Source of the DNA: Anaeromyxobacteraceae bacterium | Lineage (GTDB): Bacteria > Myxococcota > Myxococcia > Myxococcales > Anaeromyxobacteraceae | DNA length: 64,000 nt | Assembly (NCBI GenBank): GCA_032654565.1 | Contig: JAULAX010000014.1 | Coordinates: 1-64,000, forward strand | Reading direction: 5' to 3' | In this document: piece by piece, positions 59,931-64,000 of the stretch | Layout of the letters: every line of letters starts with the position of its first letter | How positions within the stretch are numbered: the stretch's first letter is position 1 | Notes under the pieces: generated by a model | The model's input: the letters and a program-made list of their open reading frames with translations, nothing else | Database searches by the model: none | Told to the model about the DNA's origin: nothing | Made by a program: the position numbers and the translations under genes

Positions 59931-59933
59931 TCT

Positions 59934-59980
59934 AAGGGCCCGTCATCACGGCACAACCGCGGTGACGGGCCCTTTCCTTT
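59934..59980 (+). terminator. Hairpin plus T-rich tract after att repeat
   Basis: AAGGGCCCGTCA (59934-59945) pairs with TGACGGGCCCTT (59963-59974). Confidence 0.65.
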
Positions 59981-60092
59981 GGGGCTTATTAGGTGGGTTC
60001 ATAGGTGCGTTTCGGGGTAACCGCCCGGGGAACCACGTCTAGCGAGGCCGACCGACCGGCCTGATGCTCCTCCGTTCACGACGGAGGAAGAC

Positions 60093-60479
60093 ATGGCCGA
60101 CCAGGACAAGTTGCGTTGGACGAAGCTCGTCGCCGACTTCGAGACATGCGACCTGACGCAGCGCGAGTTTGCAGCGGAGCGCGGGATCTCCTTCAGCACC
60201 CTCCGGCACTGGATCTACAAGCTGCGCAAGGACTCCCGGCCGCTGGTGACGGAGGCGGCCATTTCTCCTAGTCAAGCCTCCGAGAAGGTCAGCGCAAAAC
60301 AGGGTTCGCGTCTCGTACCGGTGCGGGTGGTAGGGTCCGCGACGAAGTCGCGGACGGGGGCCGGGGCGAGCGGAGAGGCTGAGAGCTTGCTGGAGTTGGT
60401 CTTCCCGTCCGGCGCGCTGCTGCGCTTCCCCGCCGGCACGGATCTCAAGTATCTGCTGGCCCTGGCCGCGGCCTTGTAG
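60093..60479 (+). CDS. tnpA: IS66 accessory protein TnpA
   Basis: HTH LTQREFAAERGISFSTLRHWIYKLR; LELVFPSGALLRF. Confidence 0.85.
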   Translation: MADQDKLRWTKLVADFETCDLTQREFAAERGISFSTLRHWIYKLRKDSRPLVTEAAISPSQASEKVSAKQGSRLVPVRVVGSATKSRTGAGASGEAESLLELVFPSGALLRFPAGTDLKYLLALAAAL

Positions 60480-60482
60480 CCC

Positions 60483-60881
60483 GTGCTCACAATCCCGAGG
60501 TCGGTCCGCATCTTCATCGGCTCGACGCCGATCGACATGCGCAAGTCGATCGATGGCCTCATGTCGATCGTGCAGGAGGAGCTGGAGGAGAATGCATACT
60601 CGGGCCACCTCTTCGTCTTCGTGTCGCGGCGGTGCGACCGGGTGAAGATCCTCACCTGGGACAAGGGCGGCTTCGTCCTCGTCTACAAGCGGCTCGAGCG
60701 CGGCCAGTTCAAGCTGCCGCACATGGACGCGTCCACGATGGCCGTCGAGATCGACGCGACGCAGCTGACAATGCTGCTCGACGGCATCGACTTCGGGCGC
60801 GTCCGCCGGCCGGAGCACTGGAAGCCGCCCCCGGCTGACCATCCGAGCGGCCGTCCCATGGACAAACAGCCTCCAACATGA
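60483..60881 (+). CDS. tnpB: IS66 accessory protein TnpB
   Basis: PIDMRKSIDGL, LFVFVSRRCDRVKILTWDKGGFVLVYKRLERGQF. Confidence 0.93.
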   Translation: MLTIPRSVRIFIGSTPIDMRKSIDGLMSIVQEELEENAYSGHLFVFVSRRCDRVKILTWDKGGFVLVYKRLERGQFKLPHMDASTMAVEIDATQLTMLLDGIDFGRVRRPEHWKPPPADHPSGRPMDKQPPT

Positions 60882-60895
60882 TCTGACAATCGTTG

Positions 60896-62464
60896 ATGGG
60901 TGACCGCAATCACCGATGCGAGTGGCGTGAACGGGCCGAGCAGCTCGAAGGCAAGCTTGGCTACGCCGGTCGCGCGCTGGATGCTGCCGAGAAGATCATC
61001 GCCACGCAGACCGAGGCGCTGCGGGCCAAGAACGAGGTCTTGGCGAAGCAAGGCGAGCAGCTCGCCTCGATGCAGGCGACCGTCGAGAAGCTGCAGCGCC
61101 ACGTCTTCGGCAAGCGCTCAGAGAAGATTCCGCCGCTGGCGACGGCGCTGCGCGATCCGGCCCGCGCCGAGGCTGAGCGGATCGCGGCTCTGCAGACCCG
61201 CCGGGAGAACGCCGAGAAGAAGCGCCAGCTCGTCACCCGACGCATTGAGCACAAGGTCCGCGAGGATCAGAAGACCTGCCCCAAGTGCGGCGGCCACGAC
61301 TTCACCAAGCTCGGCGAAGGCGCGGTGAGCGAGCTCTACGAACTCATCCCCGCCATCGTGGAGCGGCAGCTGCACATCCAGGAGAAGCTGCGCAGCAAGT
61401 GCGGCGAGACCGTCATCACCGCCGACGGCCCGGCCAAGGTCTTCGACAAGGCCCGCGTCGGCCCGACCTTCATGGCGCAGGTGGCCGTGTCGAAGTGCGC
61501 CGACGCGCTGCCACTCCACCGCCAGGCCAAGGCCTATCGGCGCGTCGGCGTCCAGGTGAACGACTCGGTGCTGGGCGACTACTTCCACCGCACCGCCGAG
61601 ATCACCAAGCCGATCTCCGACCGGCTGCTCGACGTCGTGTCCGAGAAGGAGATCGTCCTCGCCGACGAGACCTCGCATCGTGTGCAGGCCAAGGGGAAGA
61701 CGCGCCGCGCCTGGATCTGGAGCTTCATCGGGCGCGACGAGGCCGACAGGGAGCTGATCGCCTACGTCTTCTCGGCGAGCCGCTCCAGCGAGACGCCAGA
61801 GCGGGTGCTTGAGGGCACCGCCGGCAAGCTCGTGGCCGACGCGTACAAGGGCTACGACCGCGTCACCGCGCCAGGAAAGCGGGTCCGCGCCGGCTGCCTG
61901 GCGCATGTCCGAAGGCACTTCTTCGACGCCCAGTCGGTCGCGCCCGACGCCGCGAAGCGTGCGATGGACTTCATCCTCGACGTCTACCGCATCGAGCGTG
62001 CGGCGCTCGACACCGACGTCCTCGGCACGGCCGAGCACCTCGCGATGCGCCAGACCTCGAGCCGGGCCGTCATGGAGAACTTCAAGGCCTGGCTCGACGC
62101 GGAGCGGGGGCGCCACCCGCCGAAGGGGCCGATGGGAGAAGCCATCAACTACGCGCTCGACCAGTGGGACGAGCTGACGCTGTTCCTCACCGACCAACAC
62201 CTGCCCATCGACAACAACGCCTCGGAGCGCGCCCTCCGCGTCGCCGCACTCGGCCGAAAGAACTTCCTCTTTGTCGGCACCAACGAGGCCGGCGAGAACC
62301 TGGCCGGCCTCTACTCGCTGATCGCCACCTGCGAGGCCAACGACGTCAACCCGGTCGACTACCTGGCCGACGTGCTCCTCCGCGTGCAGACCCACCCGGC
62401 CTCGCGCATCGACGAGCTGCTACCGCACAACTGGACGCCACTCAGAGCCAAGCCGTCGGCCTGA
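60896..62464 (+). CDS. tnpC: IS66 transposase TnpC
   Basis: FGKRSEK, CPKCGG, ADET, GCLAHVRRHF, IDNNASERALR, IDELLPHNW. Confidence 0.95.
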   Translation: MGDRNHRCEWRERAEQLEGKLGYAGRALDAAEKIIATQTEALRAKNEVLAKQGEQLASMQATVEKLQRHVFGKRSEKIPPLATALRDPARAEAERIAALQTRRENAEKKRQLVTRRIEHKVREDQKTCPKCGGHDFTKLGEGAVSELYELIPAIVERQLHIQEKLRSKCGETVITADGPAKVFDKARVGPTFMAQVAVSKCADALPLHRQAKAYRRVGVQVNDSVLGDYFHRTAEITKPISDRLLDVVSEKEIVLADETSHRVQAKGKTRRAWIWSFIGRDEADRELIAYVFSASRSSETPERVLEGTAGKLVADAYKGYDRVTAPGKRVRAGCLAHVRRHFFDAQSVAPDAAKRAMDFILDVYRIERAALDTDVLGTAEHLAMRQTSSRAVMENFKAWLDAERGRHPPKGPMGEAINYALDQWDELTLFLTDQHLPIDNNASERALRVAALGRKNFLFVGTNEAGENLAGLYSLIATCEANDVNPVDYLADVLLRVQTHPASRIDELLPHNWTPLRAKPSA

Positions 62465-62566
62465 GCAGGTCGGCGGCGAACACGAACAGCCGGAGGTGAA
62501 CGAAGAGCCGCCAAAGCGCGGGCAGCGCCACAACTACGTCAAGACGTCGGTGCCCGGCCGGTTCCG

Positions 62567-62980
62567 CTCGCCGCGGCAGCGAGCATTGCCTGGGGACAGG
62601 TGCCGATCAGCACCGATGGCACCGATCCCAAGACGTGGGATCCGAAATCCGACGCGACAGTCGCCGGCGTGAGGAATCACGTCGTGATCTACGAGGATGC
62701 CGAGATCCGTGTGCTGTCCGTCACGGTGCAGCCGGGCGAGGTCGAGGTTCCGCACCACCATCGCTGGCCGAGCGTCATCGTGTTCGACCGGCCCACCAAG
62801 CGCGACAACCGGGACGCCAAGGGCAACTTGCTTCCGGCGAAGAAGGCCAAAGGCGACAACCCGGAGCTGCCGCTGGTGGTGCGCGTTCCGCCTGAGGCGA
62901 CACATTCTGTGACCAACCTCGACACGGTCCCGATGCACCTGATCCGCGTGGAATTCAAGAACGGCTTTCCGAAGGAGTAG
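62567..62980 (+). CDS. Cupin-domain protein, probably 5'-truncated by IS66
   Basis: YEDAEIRVLSVTVQPGEVEVPHHHRWPSV...HSVTN...LIRVEFK; frame open back to IS end (LAAAASIAWGQ); first available start GTG 62600. Confidence 0.7.
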   Translation, partial: LAAAASIAWGQVPISTDGTDPKTWDPKSDATVAGVRNHVVIYEDAEIRVLSVTVQPGEVEVPHHHRWPSVIVFDRPTKRDNRDAKGNLLPAKKAKGDNPELPLVVRVPPEATHSVTNLDTVPMHLIRVEFKNGFPKE

Positions 62981-63275
62981 CCCGCCCGCTGCGTCGATGA
63001 CCTGGATCCGGGGAGACCAAGCACCGCGTCAGGAACCGTTGTCGACGAGGCCGTTCGGCCAGGGGCCCATCCTTGCGGTGGGCCTTCGTCCTGCTTCGCG
63101 CCTCCTTCCTCTACGGTCCACGTCCCACACGCCGGCCTTGTGGCGTAGGCCGACCCAGATTGACCCGAAGTCACTCGGGCCAATCGCCGAGTGAAGGTGC
63201 ACGCCTCCAGCAACAGGAGCAGGAGCAGCAGCAGGAGACGATCCTGGTCCGGGCGGCCCTGGCCCCTGCCGGCCG

Positions 63276-64000
63276 TCAGGGGGTGAAGACCTCCGTGACC
63301 ACGGTGACCTTCGACCAGGGCAGCCCCCGGCGGTACGGCGCCGTGTTGGGCCGGTCGGCCGGCGACGAGACCGTGGTCAGGACGGCCACGTACCACCTGC
63401 CGGCTTGCAGGAGCCCGGCGGGGATCTTCACCGCGGAACCGGTGGTGACGAACGTGGCGATCAGTGTGGACATGTATCGGTTGCCGGCCGGGTCCAGCTC
63501 ACGGATCTCCACGTGGACGCTGGTGGGCGTGCCCACGGCGGGGGCTGCCCAGGCCACCACCGGGCCGGTCCCCACCCCGGCCTGTACCGCGAGCGCGTCC
63601 TTGCCCCCCACCTTGATGGCCTGCACCGAGGAGACGGCCGGGGCGATCGGGTCCGGTACGGCGCCGATGGGAGCGTAGATCCAGGCCCCACACCTGAACT
63701 CGGTCGCAACCCTGGCGCCCGGCGCGGCGCGTATCCTGATGGTGTAGAAGCTGGCCGTCACGAACTCCGTCCAGTTGGGTGGCGCGATCCGGCCGTAGCT
63801 GATGGTCCCGTCATCGCGATCGGCCAGGAGAGCTCCGCTGGGCGCGGTCACGCCAAGCAACACCAGGTACTGGTACGGTGAGACCGCGCTTGGAGGCGGC
63901 TGCGACGCCACCTGGAGCCGGTAGCCGAAGGTCTGGTGCGCGCCGGGGACCGCCTGGTCGAAGGCGCTGGCGTTCCAGCGGGCCCGGAGCGTCCCGGTCG
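63276..64000 (-). CDS. C-terminus of a large myxobacterial beta-rich (FN3-like) protein, truncated by window edge
   Basis: PVVAWAAPAVGTPTSVHVEI...VKIPAGLLQAGRWY...PYRRGLP; frame open to window end. Confidence 0.6.
   Translation of the reverse strand, partial: TGTLRARWNASAFDQAVPGAHQTFGYRLQVASQPPPSAVSPYQYLVLLGVTAPSGALLADRDDGTISYGRIAPPNWTEFVTASFYTIRIRAAPGARVATEFRCGAWIYAPIGAVPDPIAPAVSSVQAIKVGGKDALAVQAGVGTGPVVAWAAPAVGTPTSVHVEIRELDPAGNRYMSTLIATFVTTGSAVKIPAGLLQAGRWYVAVLTTVSSPADRPNTAPYRRGLPWSKVTVVTEVFTP

Larger units (their letters stand above)
60017..62565 (+). mobile_element. IS66-family insertion sequence
   Basis: tnpA-tnpB-tnpC; left end GTAACCGCCCGGGGAACCACGTCT; imperfect right IR 62542-62565 (19/24 match). 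Confidence 0.9.

Overview
High-GC window, most likely from a myxobacterium (Anaeromyxobacter-like; inferred from gene content and codon style). About 3.4-49 kb is mostly core genome: lysS-lolC/E-lolD-bamA-skp-lpxD-fabZ-lpxA-lpxI operon, GH57/DUF4912, two Ser/Thr kinases, a split DUF4390-NtrY/NtrX-like system, an EF-G paralog, glnE, patatin, degenerate Fic, nfo, DHH phosphoesterase, 6S RNA-ygfA-ymdB, tyrS, rlmE, ferredoxin, TPP enzyme and aldo/keto reductase. Two dispersed paralogous HNH-nuclease genes (start of window and 42.5-43.8 kb) share an internal perfect DNA palindrome. The complete copy has a PafBC/RecA-NDp-like leaderless promoter. From tRNA-Pro(GGG) at 49091 onward the window is accessory. 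A ~10.7 kb island with no recognisable integrase is bounded by a 42-bp tRNA 3' repeat. It carries a 12-repeat Kelch-like lipoprotein with hypervariable loops, a coupled membrane partner and a giant gluzincin-motif lipoprotein. A probable second island at the same site is disrupted by an IS66 element. All calls are by eye from motifs; no database searches were run.
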